Shown: piece after piece, positions 35,794-44,637 of the stretch | Layout of the letters: every line of letters begins with the position of its first letter | Position numbering within the stretch: position 1 is the first letter of the stretch | NCBI GenBank assembly: GCA_018303725.1 | Contig: JAGVXP010000001.1 | Location: 1-51,590 of the forward strand | Reading direction: 5' to 3' | DNA: 51,590 bases | Source of the DNA: Candidatus Woesearchaeota archaeon | Lineage (GTDB): Archaea; Nanobdellota; Nanobdellia; Woesearchaeales; JAGVXP01 | The notes under the pieces: generated by a model | What the model was told of the DNA's origin: nothing | Databases searched by the model: none | What the model saw: the letters and a program-made list of their open reading frames with translations, nothing else | Program-made: the position numbers and the translations under genes

Positions 35794-35863
35794 TTCTATT
35801 TGTCCAACTTATATATAAATTTTTCTATTTTTGTCCATTTTTTTTGAAAAATATTGGACAAAT
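35794..35863. promoter_or_regulatory. Repeated ATTTGTCCA motif in the divergent lrp-ahcY promoter region (candidate Lrp operator)
   Basis: TTCTATTTGTCCA at 35794-35806, TTCTATTTTTGTCCA at 35823-35837, and inverted TTGGACAAAT at 35854-35863. TTGTCCA-N17-TGGACAA forms a palindrome. TATA boxes for both genes flank these sites. Confidence 0.45.
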
Positions 35864-35922
35864 TTGAATATTTAAACCCAAAAATATATAAATATACCAA
35901 TATTAGTTATAGTAGGTGATTT

Positions 35923-37191
35923 ATGATGGATAAAGGCAAAAATTATGAGGTTAAGGATATTAAGCTAGCAGAGCAGGGCAAGAAGAATGTTGAATGGGCA
36001 GAGTCCCAGATGGGCGCCTTGCTTAAAGTTAGAGAAAGATTTGCTAAAGAGAAGCCATTGAAAGGTGTAAGGATAGGCATGGCCTTGCATGTTACAAAAG
36101 AAACAGCTGCTTTAGTCAGAACCTTAATAGCAGGCGGTGCAGAAGTAGCTATAACTGGTTGTAATCCTTTAAGCACACAAGATGATGTTGCTGCCTTTTT
36201 AGCAAAAGAAGGTATTAATGTATGGGCTTATAAAGGCGAAACAAAAGAAGACTACTACAGGTATATAACAAACGTTATTGATTTTAAGCCAAATTACACT
36301 CTTGATGATGGCTGTGACCTTATTTCTGAAATACACTCAAAACACCCTGAATTGATAAAAAGCATTATAGCCGGAGCAGAGGAAACAACTACAGGCATTA
36401 TAAGGCTGAAAGCAATGGAGAAAGACAATGCCTTAAAATATCCAGTAATAGCAGTTAACGACCTAAAAACAAAGCATCTGTTTGACAACTACCTAGGTAC
36501 TGGCCAAAGCACAATTGATGGCATTCTAAGGGCAACATCCATCCTTATAGCAGGCAAAAATTTTGTCATAGCTGGCTATGGGCAATGCGGAAAAGGCGTG
36601 GCTGCAAGAGCCAAAGGCATGGGAGCCAATGTAATTGTGGCAGAAGTAAATCCGATAAACGCTTTACAGGCGCTGACAGACGGGCATAGGGTAATGCCAA
36701 TAGCAGAGGCAGCAAAGACAGGCGATGTTTTTGTAACAGTAACTGGAGATAAGCATGTTATCACAACTGAGCATATAAAGCAAATGAAGGATGGCGCAAT
36801 ACTAGCCAATTCCGGCCATTTTGACGTTGAGATAGATGTTGCAGGATTAAAGAAAATATCCAAAAAAGCTGAAAGAATAAGGCCTTCTCTGGACAAATAT
36901 GCATTAGAGAACGGGAAAAATATTTTCTTAATCGGAGAAGGGAGGCTTTGCAATCTAGCAGCAGCTGAAGGGCATCCTTCTGTTGTTATGGCGCAAAGCT
37001 TTTGCGGCCAGGCTTTGGCAGCAGAATATGCTGTAAAAAATAAAGATAAGCTAAAGCCAGGTGTAATTAACTTGCCTGAAGAGATTGATAATAAGATAGC
37101 TTGTTTACAATTAGAGGCATTAGGCGTTAAAATAGACAGATTAACAAGAGAACAAGAGATATACTTAAGTTCGTGGGAAGAAGGAACCTAA
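35923..37191 (+). CDS. ahcY: S-adenosyl-L-homocysteine hydrolase
   Basis: YEVKDIKLAEQGKKNVEWAE, LDDGCDL, ETTTG, the NAD-binding GYGQCGKG and NSGHFDVEID motifs. Confidence 0.95.
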   Translation: MMDKGKNYEVKDIKLAEQGKKNVEWAESQMGALLKVRERFAKEKPLKGVRIGMALHVTKETAALVRTLIAGGAEVAITGCNPLSTQDDVAAFLAKEGINVWAYKGETKEDYYRYITNVIDFKPNYTLDDGCDLISEIHSKHPELIKSIIAGAEETTTGIIRLKAMEKDNALKYPVIAVNDLKTKHLFDNYLGTGQSTIDGILRATSILIAGKNFVIAGYGQCGKGVAARAKGMGANVIVAEVNPINALQALTDGHRVMPIAEAAKTGDVFVTVTGDKHVITTEHIKQMKDGAILANSGHFDVEIDVAGLKKISKKAERIRPSLDKYALENGKNIFLIGEGRLCNLAAAEGHPSVVMAQSFCGQALAAEYAVKNKDKLKPGVINLPEEIDNKIACLQLEALGVKIDRLTREQEIYLSSWEEGT

Positions 37192-37205
37192 TTGAGCTTT
37201 TAGTT

Positions 37206-37967
37206 TTATTTAAATTTCTTTTCTTCTTCCTGCTCAACCAAGGAGAAAGGCACCTGATCGGCCAATATTGTTAAACCGCGTTGGTCTATAGATATTGGAT
37301 AGATATCCAAACTATGTTCCTGGCCCTTTGCCTTACATACTGTTAAACATCTTTCAAAATAATTGCCTTTCCTTATTCTTGTCAATATAATAAATATATC
37401 AAACAAGAAATCCATCATATGGTATTCAAACTTATCTAGGTCTGTCATTGTCCTTTCAGATGTGGCTAGCAGGGTTACACCAAGCTCCTTCATCTTTTGG
37501 GTGAATAATAAAACCTGCCTTCTAAACTCTATGTTATCAAACTTCTGCGGAGGGTATAAATATTCAAAAAAGGTCAATGAGTCAAGGACCATCCTTTTTA
37601 TATTCTTCCTCTTGATTAATTCCAACAGGCCCTTTATAGAAGTGATGCCTCCTTTTAAATAGGTGACTGGTTTTTCAATTATAATTATCTTTCCGCTTTT
37701 CTCGTATTTTTCAAAGTCCATGCCTATGCTCAAAGCAAATTCTTTTATATCCTCTGGCGTCTCTTCTGCTGTAATAATAATTCCTGCTTCCCCATACTCT
37801 TTAATCCCATTATAGATAAATTGCAAAGCAGCTATTGTTTTTCCAGTCCCAGGAGCACCTGTAAAAAGAACAGCAGATCTTTTCCTTAACCCCCCCTTTA
37901 ATATCTTATCCAAACCGGGGATTCCGCTCTTTATTTTTTCTACCATACTCATCACCTTTATTGACAA
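37206..37967 (-). CDS. KaiC/RecA-superfamily ATPase (ArlH/FlaH-like)
   Basis: SGIPGLDKILKGGLRKRSAVLFTGAPGTGKT (Walker A) and Walker B-like RMVLDSLT. Single KaiC-like domain, 253 aa, divergent from the pilus locus. Confidence 0.85.
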   Translation of the reverse strand: MSIKVMSMVEKIKSGIPGLDKILKGGLRKRSAVLFTGAPGTGKTIAALQFIYNGIKEYGEAGIIITAEETPEDIKEFALSIGMDFEKYEKSGKIIIIEKPVTYLKGGITSIKGLLELIKRKNIKRMVLDSLTFFEYLYPPQKFDNIEFRRQVLLFTQKMKELGVTLLATSERTMTDLDKFEYHMMDFLFDIFIILTRIRKGNYFERCLTVCKAKGQEHSLDIYPISIDQRGLTILADQVPFSLVEQEEEKKFK

Positions 37968-38094
37968 TAATCCTTACTATAAGAGAACTAATATAAAAAC
38001 CTTATGAAAATTACAGGATAAAGCCGTTTGAGCAAGCAAAAACAGGATCATAGAAAACTTTATATAGGCGTCTCCCATTAAACAAATAAAAAAA

Positions 38095-38667
38095 GTGGTG
38101 ATGATGGCATCTAAGATAAGAAAGGCTTTGAATAAAGAATTAAAAAATTTAAAAGATTATATTGTCTTGGTGGTTGTTGATTCTAAGAATTACCAAAATG
38201 CCAATATAGAGATTCTTAAAGATTTGGTGGATGCCAAAAATACGCCCGGCGTTTATGTAACATTAAACAAGCCTTATGATATCATCAGAAGAATTCTTGA
38301 AAAAGAAAGAATAGACACAAGAATGATGATATTTATTGACTGCATTAGCAGCGTTGCAGGAGGCAAATTAAAAAAAATAGAAAATTGCCTTTATATTGGC
38401 TCTCCTGAAAAACTCTCTGACATATCTGTCGCAATTGACCAAGCTGTGAATGCTTTGCCAAAGGGGGATAAATTCATTTTCCTTGATTCATTAAGCACCT
38501 TGCTGATTTATAATAAGGAGGGCACAGTAGCCAGGTTTTTCCATTTTATTGTTGGAAAAATCAGGGCCCTGAAAGTAAAGGGCGTGATAATATCTATTGA
38601 GAAGGAATCTGACAAAGCATTAATAAATGAATTATCCACTTTTTGCGATGCTAGACTGGATTTTTAA
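38095..38667 (+). CDS. KaiC/RecA-like domain protein lacking a Walker A motif (predicted inactive paralog)
   Basis: Its size and strand/helix pattern are similar to KaiC-like ATPases (YIVLVVVDS..., FIFLDSLSTLL as a Walker B-like strand, KGVIISIEKE). No GxxGxGK[ST] is present. Motif-level inference. Confidence 0.5.
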   Translation: MVMMASKIRKALNKELKNLKDYIVLVVVDSKNYQNANIEILKDLVDAKNTPGVYVTLNKPYDIIRRILEKERIDTRMMIFIDCISSVAGGKLKKIENCLYIGSPEKLSDISVAIDQAVNALPKGDKFIFLDSLSTLLIYNKEGTVARFFHFIVGKIRALKVKGVIISIEKESDKALINELSTFCDARLDF

Positions 38668-38698
38668 ATAAAAAATAAACAAAGAGGAGGTTATAATT

Positions 38699-39061
38699 AT
38701 GACAACAGAACTAATAATTGAAATTACAAGCGTGATTTTTGGCTTGACTGCTTTGTTTTTAGCTTCAAAAGCAAGGCAAAGGTTATCTCCTGGTTCTATA
38801 AGGAAATATATAGATAATTTCTCAGTTTGTTTAGTGTTTATTGTAATTTTTTCTTTATGGCAGACTGTGAGGGATATAGCAACTATACAATATGGCATAG
38901 GGGAGATAGTAAAGTTCCCAGAATACATCTTTATTATAGGCGCATATATAGCGTTTATAATATCTGCCTATAGGGTAGTGCACATAAGCCATGAGTTCGG
39001 GTTTAAAAAAGAAGGAGCTAGTATTGGGGAGATATTAGAAGAAAGAAAAAAGAAGAAGTAA
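38699..39061 (+). CDS. Small three-helix membrane protein
   Basis: Strong RBS GAGGAGGT 7 nt upstream, three hydrophobic helices, and a charged C-terminal tail ending EERKKKK. Confidence 0.6.
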   Translation: MTTELIIEITSVIFGLTALFLASKARQRLSPGSIRKYIDNFSVCLVFIVIFSLWQTVRDIATIQYGIGEIVKFPEYIFIIGAYIAFIISAYRVVHISHEFGFKKEGASIGEILEERKKKK

Positions 39062-39120
39062 TCTTTTTCTTATTCTAATTTTTAGAAAGATTTAAATAGT
39101 AGCTGTACATATTACTACGT

Positions 39121-39276
39121 ATGGCTACTCATACCATCAAAAAAGAAAATTCAAAACTTACGCTTTCTATAGACAGAGATATCTTAAGCAGATATAAAGA
39201 ATACTGTGAAAAAGAGGGCATTATCATTTCAAAACAAGTTGAAAAATTTATGCTGTCTAAATTGAAGGAAAATTAA
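39121..39276 (+). CDS. Small ribbon-helix-helix-like protein (51 aa)
   Basis: Hand translation: MATHTIKKENSKLTLSIDRDILSRYKEYCEKEGIIISKQVEKFMLSKLKEN. TATA tttaaatag (39091-39099) is 22 nt upstream. It is a paralog of the 22640..22801 ORF and is below the ORF-track cutoff. Confidence 0.5.
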   Translation: MATHTIKKENSKLTLSIDRDILSRYKEYCEKEGIIISKQVEKFMLSKLKEN

Positions 39277-39296
39277 GGGAAGAGGAATAATAAGAG

Positions 39297-39719
39297 GTGG
39301 GTAGATTGAAAACCAATAAAGCTCAGGTTTCTATGGAGTACATGATGATAGTGGGTTTTGTAGCTGTTATTACAATACCATTGGTGCTTATTTATTACGC
39401 GTATTCAAGTGACACCAGCGACCAGATAAACGCTAACCAGGTAGACCAGGTAGCAAAGAAAATAGTAGACGCTGCAGAATCTGTATACTATCTTGGAGAA
39501 CCATCACAAACAACTATAAAAGTCTATATACCTAACAATGTAGTGCAAGCTACTATCGGGAACAGGGAAGTATTTTTTAAAATTAAGACGAAAAGCGGCA
39601 TTTCTGATATAGTACAAGTGTCTTCTGTTGATATTGGCGGGGCATTGCCAGCCACCAGCGGCATTCATTATATAACAATAAAAGCAACTGAAACTCAGGT
39701 GTTAACCTCCTATACATAA
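39297..39719 (+). CDS. Type IV pilin-like protein with class III signal peptide
   Basis: N-terminus ...KTNKAQVSMEYMMIVGFVAVITIPLVLIYY has a basic residue, A/Q junction, Glu at +5 and a hydrophobic helix. A TTG at 39306 preceded by GAGGTG may be the true start. Confidence 0.75.
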   Translation: MGRLKTNKAQVSMEYMMIVGFVAVITIPLVLIYYAYSSDTSDQINANQVDQVAKKIVDAAESVYYLGEPSQTTIKVYIPNNVVQATIGNREVFFKIKTKSGISDIVQVSSVDIGGALPATSGIHYITIKATETQVLTSYT

Positions 39720-39720
39720 A

Positions 39721-40113
39721 ATGCGCTCAAAAAAAACACAGACAGCTATAGAATTTATATTTCTTGTAGGCGTTGCCTTCAGCTTAACAATAATTTTTCT
39801 TGTAGCAACCAGAAGCCAGCTAAAAGAGCTTACAACGACAGAAGAGATTATATTGGTGAGGGATGTCGGCTCCAAAGTACAGAATGAGATTAATTTGGGA
39901 GCAAGGGTAGAAGACGGGTATACAAGGGTGTTTGAAATACCCCAAAAATTAGAAACAAGGGATTATAATATCACAATAAATGACAATATATTGGTCGTTG
40001 CAACAAAAAATGAAGAATATGTAGCTATAATCCCCCGCGTGGTTGGGAATATACAAAAGGGGAATAACATAATAAAAAGAATAGAAGGTGTTGTCTATCT
40101 TAACCAAGAATAA
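39721..40113 (+). CDS. Type IV pilin-like protein with class III signal peptide
   Basis: MRSKKTQTAIEFIFLVGVAFSLTIIFLV has a KKTQ junction, Glu at +5 and a hydrophobic helix. It starts 1 nt after the previous stop. Confidence 0.75.
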   Translation: MRSKKTQTAIEFIFLVGVAFSLTIIFLVATRSQLKELTTTEEIILVRDVGSKVQNEINLGARVEDGYTRVFEIPQKLETRDYNITINDNILVVATKNEEYVAIIPRVVGNIQKGNNIIKRIEGVVYLNQE

Positions 40114-40642
40114 AGCGCAGGTGTGGTATACTGATTTTATTATAGCATTACTAATATTTGTCATAGCCCTTGTTATTTATTATGAGTATACCACAAATTT
40201 ATCAAACCAGGACAAGGGATTATTAGACGACTTATTGGGGGATGCAAAAACAATCTCTTCTTCTTTGGTTTCGGCCGGTTACCCAACAAACTGGACAAAC
40301 ACAACGGTTGAAAGAATTGGCTTAACAAATAATGACCAAAGGATAGATGAGACAAAGCTAGATGCCTTCCTCGGTATGACCTATAAAGACAGCAGAAAAG
40401 TTTTTGGAACAAAATATGATTATTTTGTTTTCTTTGAAGATAGGAATAATGATATAACAGAAATTGGCGGGGATAGTGAAAAGTGCGGCGTTGGCCACCC
40501 AGACGCAGACCAAGAGATAGAAGGCTCGGAATGCTTGTCTATAAACCTAACAACGATTAATCCTGAGAAGGTTGTGAAAATAACCAGATTAGTTGTATAT
40601 GATTCAGAAATCGTGAAAATGGTGGTGTATGTTTGGCAATGA
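40088..40642 (+). CDS. Type IV pilin-like protein with class III signal peptide
   Basis: ...TKNKAQVWYTDFIIALLIFVIALVIYY. GTG/TTG start overlapping the upstream gene. It ends ...MVVYVWQ with an ATGA overlap to the next gene. Confidence 0.7.
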   Translation: MLSILTKNKAQVWYTDFIIALLIFVIALVIYYEYTTNLSNQDKGLLDDLLGDAKTISSSLVSAGYPTNWTNTTVERIGLTNNDQRIDETKLDAFLGMTYKDSRKVFGTKYDYFVFFEDRNNDITEIGGDSEKCGVGHPDADQEIEGSECLSINLTTINPEKVVKITRLVVYDSEIVKMVVYVWQ

Positions 40643-42483
40643 AAAGCAGAAAAGCAAAAAAAGGAATATATTTTACATTAGATTCAATCATAGCGGCTAA
40701 TATCATATTGATAGGGCTTATATTAGCTTCTTCTTTTTATATAAATGAAGAACCAACAACACACCTTAATTATATATCAGGAGACCTTATCAAAACATTA
40801 GCTGAACTTAAGATTAGTGAAACCAGCAATGCATTTGTCAATGAACTGATAGCTGAAGGAAATATAACAAGGCTCAATAACAGCATAATCGAGCAGATAG
40901 GTGAGTTCTGGGCAGAAGGAAACAACGAATTGGCTGGAAACCTAACCAAAGAGTTTGTGTATGATTTAATTGGGGACAGCTATGGTGCTGGTTTTTATAT
41001 TAATGATGAAGAGCTTTTCATTAAACAGAAAGGCGGTGTTAAGATTGCATCATCATCTCAAAAAATGATTTCGGGGATAATGAAAAACAGAACAAGAGAG
41101 GGGTATAATGCAAGAGCGTCTGCATCTAAAATAAAGAAAAACACAACTGATATATATGTTTTTGAATCAGAGGGCTCTGGCAATGAAGCAGGAGCGGATA
41201 AGAGGGTTGAAATAACAAAAAGGTTTAGTTTAAACGCCACTAATGTTAGCGAAGCAATGCTGCATTTAGCGATTCACTATGGCACTGCTGTATTGAATCC
41301 ACAGACAGAATTCATAGTCAACGGCCATTCAATTGATGAAGAGGATGTTGATTGGTCTTATGTGGATTATGACAAGGATAACACACATCTTGCCTATGGC
41401 AAGGCGGATGTTGCTGACTATCTAAATGCAGACGGATGGAATTATGTAACATTGATATTATTTGGGCAGGCTGCATTTCATACGCACCTGCATCCTGGCG
41501 GCAGAATTAGTGTAACATATGAAAGCAACCTGATAGGCAATGTAAGCAGGACAATAAAAAAGAGAACTTATTTTGACCATATATCAAGCAAAGGAAAAGA
41601 CAGCAATGGAAAAAGCGGGGCGTGGGCCATACAGCCAATATTCATACCAAATTATGTTGATATAAAAAGCGTTGCACTCCATATAAGGGGGGAAAGCATA
41701 AGCAATGATGCTGGCAAAGATAATGTGCAAATCTACCTAAACAACAGGACAGTAGACATATTCAGCCCTGATGCCACAGGCATTGCTGATAAAATGTATA
41801 ATTTAAAGGAGAATGTAACAGAAGGAACAAATGTCATCAGTGTTTATTTAAATTCATACCCCCCAGATTTCTGGGGCGATGGCGATACAATACTGTACTC
41901 AAACCCGCAAACAGATCCCAGCGGCTCTTCATATGTTGATGTAGAGTATGAATTCAGCCAAAATGACCCCAGGCTTAAATACGGAAAGATTGATGTTTCA
42001 ATAGCAGATGAGTTTGGCGGTGAAAAAAGCAACAGCAAGGCATATGAAAAGAACTTCAGCAATATGGAGGTGTTTGAAGCATTTGTTCAACCAGCCCAGT
42101 TGGATAGCGATGATGTCTCAGTTTACGTTAACAGCCAAAATATATTTAATACGCCAAGGGCTTTAGCTGTTCCATCTTCTATATATGTAGATGCTAATTA
42201 TTTAAACAGCGAAATGAACTATTTCAATATAACAGATCACTGCTTGGATTGCGAGGTGCTGCCTGAAAGCCTGCTTTATTATACACTATTTGTGCCTTCT
42301 TTAGTGGGTTATGGCATAACCTTTGACAGCGAGGATGGGGCAATAGACAACGCAAGGGAAAGGTTAGGGGCTTTATTGGGTGATTATGTAGAACTGGTTG
42401 AAATCAACAGCGAGGTTATAATTGTAGGGAACGTGCCTTCTATGTGGGGCCCTGCTATAGCAGAGGTGAGAGTGTGGCAATGA
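40639..42483 (+). CDS. Large pilin-like protein (about 614 aa) with class III signal peptide, candidate tip or adhesin subunit
   Basis: MKSRKAKKGIYFTLDSIIAANIILIGLILA, then about 570 aa rich in N-x-S/T sequons. It ends ...AEVRVWQ with an ATGA overlap to the next gene. Confidence 0.7.
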   Translation: MKSRKAKKGIYFTLDSIIAANIILIGLILASSFYINEEPTTHLNYISGDLIKTLAELKISETSNAFVNELIAEGNITRLNNSIIEQIGEFWAEGNNELAGNLTKEFVYDLIGDSYGAGFYINDEELFIKQKGGVKIASSSQKMISGIMKNRTREGYNARASASKIKKNTTDIYVFESEGSGNEAGADKRVEITKRFSLNATNVSEAMLHLAIHYGTAVLNPQTEFIVNGHSIDEEDVDWSYVDYDKDNTHLAYGKADVADYLNADGWNYVTLILFGQAAFHTHLHPGGRISVTYESNLIGNVSRTIKKRTYFDHISSKGKDSNGKSGAWAIQPIFIPNYVDIKSVALHIRGESISNDAGKDNVQIYLNNRTVDIFSPDATGIADKMYNLKENVTEGTNVISVYLNSYPPDFWGDGDTILYSNPQTDPSGSSYVDVEYEFSQNDPRLKYGKIDVSIADEFGGEKSNSKAYEKNFSNMEVFEAFVQPAQLDSDDVSVYVNSQNIFNTPRALAVPSSIYVDANYLNSEMNYFNITDHCLDCEVLPESLLYYTLFVPSLVGYGITFDSEDGAIDNARERLGALLGDYVELVEINSEVIIVGNVPSMWGPAIAEVRVWQ

Positions 42484-43412
42484 AAAAAAAAGGGATATTT
42501 TTCACTTTTATTGCAATTACACTTACTGCTGTGGTTATACTATCATTTATTATACACACACAATACAGATTGAGGAACAAGATGTTTGTTATTGAAACAA
42601 GGATAGACACCTTAAATGATTTTATACAGGACACTGAAACAGACCTTGAAAGGGGGCTGTATATAGCTGCTTTTAGAGCTATTCTTTCCCTAGAGCAGTA
42701 TATAACCACTGAGGGTGTGTTCTTAAATAATACAGAATTGAATTTTAAGGAAATAATCCTGTATGGAACAATTAATAATACAGCTATAGACATAATGCAG
42801 GGAGCTACCTTTCCTGACTGGGCTGAAAGGATACAGGAAGAAGCAGATAAGATAGATATCACAATAAACTTCCTGATAAATGATATCACACTTAACCAAA
42901 CAAACCCCTGGTATGTTGATGTTAATTCAAATATAAGCATGAATGTAACTGATAAAAAGCAGACTGCAAGCTGGGAAAAGAACAGGAAAATAACAACAAG
43001 CATAAATATAGAAAATTTTGAAGATCCGCTATATGTTATTAACAGCTATGGTCGGGTTACAAATAAAATAAAAAGGACCAACGCAACTGATTTTGGGGAT
43101 GTAAACCAGCTTAAAACACATCTTGAAAATTCATATTATATAGCATCAACATCCGGCCCCAGCTTTTTGATGAGGTTAGAAGGAAAATTATCAAGCTCGC
43201 CATACGGAATTGAAAGCCTCGTTAATGTTAGGGAGTTTACAGCAGAAGAAGTTCCTGTAGTCGCAGATAGCCATGTAGATTATATTTATTTTGATGAAGG
43301 CACAGTTGAAAACTGCTTGGTTAATGAAACGGCCCTGGATCCTTACTACTACTGGTTTAGGCTGGATAACCAGCATTTAGGCACATATGAAGCAACATGT
43401 TTTAGCCAATAA
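42480..43412 (+). CDS. Pilin-like protein with class III signal peptide (310 aa)
   Basis: MKKKGIFFTFIAITLTAVVILSFII, with many N-x-S/T sequons. Start is set at the ATG in the ATGA overlap. Confidence 0.7.
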   Translation: MKKKGIFFTFIAITLTAVVILSFIIHTQYRLRNKMFVIETRIDTLNDFIQDTETDLERGLYIAAFRAILSLEQYITTEGVFLNNTELNFKEIILYGTINNTAIDIMQGATFPDWAERIQEEADKIDITINFLINDITLNQTNPWYVDVNSNISMNVTDKKQTASWEKNRKITTSINIENFEDPLYVINSYGRVTNKIKRTNATDFGDVNQLKTHLENSYYIASTSGPSFLMRLEGKLSSSPYGIESLVNVREFTAEEVPVVADSHVDYIYFDEGTVENCLVNETALDPYYYWFRLDNQHLGTYEATCFSQ

Positions 43413-43455
43413 ATCAAAAGATATTTAAATAAAAGATTTAATTTAATTAATCAAA

Positions 43456-44601
43456 ATGAGTGATATATCAATCATAGAAACGGGTGTAGACAGGCTAGTT
43501 GAGCTGGTTAAATTAAACAATAGGATTTCGGTTATAGATGCGGCAAAAAAACTAGGGGTCAGCAGGGAGATTATTGAGGAATGGGCGGATTTTCTGGAGG
43601 AAGAGGGCATTATCAGCATAGAATACAAGTTTACAACGCCCTATCTGGTGGAGAGAAAATTAACAAAAGTGCAGGTAGAGAAAAAGGCAAAAGAATTTCA
43701 TGGAAAAAAAGAAGTTTTCATAAGAAAGGCAGAGATGACCTTGGGCTCATTAGACAAAGAGGCCCAGAAACTAAGGAAATTAAAAGGCGAGTTTGACAAA
43801 TTAAAGGGGGAGCTTGGCCTTGAAATTGATAACGTCAAGGAAGAGTTGAAAGAGCTAGAAAGGTATGAAAAGCTTAAAACTGATATTGATGCCCAGGCTT
43901 TAATCCAAAAAAAGGAGACAAATGAGAGATTTGAGGATTTGAATAAAAAAATCCAAAGGGAACAAAGAAGATATCAGGAACTTTTGGAGGATATAAGACA
44001 AGAAGAGATAAGGCTTGATAAAGACAAATCCGAGGCAATTTCAATTGAAGAGGGCGAATCCATACTAAAAAGAAGGCTAGCCGGCCTGAAATTAACAATT
44101 AAAAAATTAGAGGAGAAAATAGAAGATGAGGGAGAAATAATAAAAAATTCGGAAAAACATATTGACAGGCTAAAGGAATTTGCCAGGAGTGTAGAGGAAA
44201 AAGTAGAAAAAGACAAGGAAGAGATAAGGCCCTTGATTGAAGAGAGCAAAAAACAAGAAGAAAAAATTTCAGCCCTACAAAGGGATATTATAAAACAGGT
44301 CTTGGATAGGGAAAAAAAGTTAAAAAATGCCAGAGAAATATCAAATAAATTCAAGGAATTTTTTGATAAGAAATTAGTTACCTTAGAGTTGGTTGATAAA
44401 ATTAATAAAGACAGGGATGAATTAGAAAGAGACCTTGTAGAGATAATCAGAAAAGCCAAATCATTCCAACTATCATCTAAATCGGAAGGCGTTGAAAAAC
44501 AGGTTACAGAGCTTGAAAAAAAATTCAAGGAAATTGACAAAAAGAAAGGTGTATTTGAAGAAGAACTGAAAAAACTGGGCAGTTTATTAAAAAAATCTTG
44601 A
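43456..44601 (+). CDS. wHTH-domain plus long coiled-coil protein
   Basis: The N-terminal roughly 65 aa are winged-helix-like (RISVIDAAKKLGVSREIIEEWADFLEEEGIISIEY). About 300 aa of Lys/Glu-rich heptad-like sequence follow. It lies directly upstream of the pilus ATPase. Confidence 0.65.
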   Translation: MSDISIIETGVDRLVELVKLNNRISVIDAAKKLGVSREIIEEWADFLEEEGIISIEYKFTTPYLVERKLTKVQVEKKAKEFHGKKEVFIRKAEMTLGSLDKEAQKLRKLKGEFDKLKGELGLEIDNVKEELKELERYEKLKTDIDAQALIQKKETNERFEDLNKKIQREQRRYQELLEDIRQEEIRLDKDKSEAISIEEGESILKRRLAGLKLTIKKLEEKIEDEGEIIKNSEKHIDRLKEFARSVEEKVEKDKEEIRPLIEESKKQEEKISALQRDIIKQVLDREKKLKNAREISNKFKEFFDKKLVTLELVDKINKDRDELERDLVEIIRKAKSFQLSSKSEGVEKQVTELEKKFKEIDKKKGVFEEELKKLGSLLKKS

Positions 44602-44637
44602 TTAAAATTGAGTGGTTATATAAAAAAGAGGTGTAAA

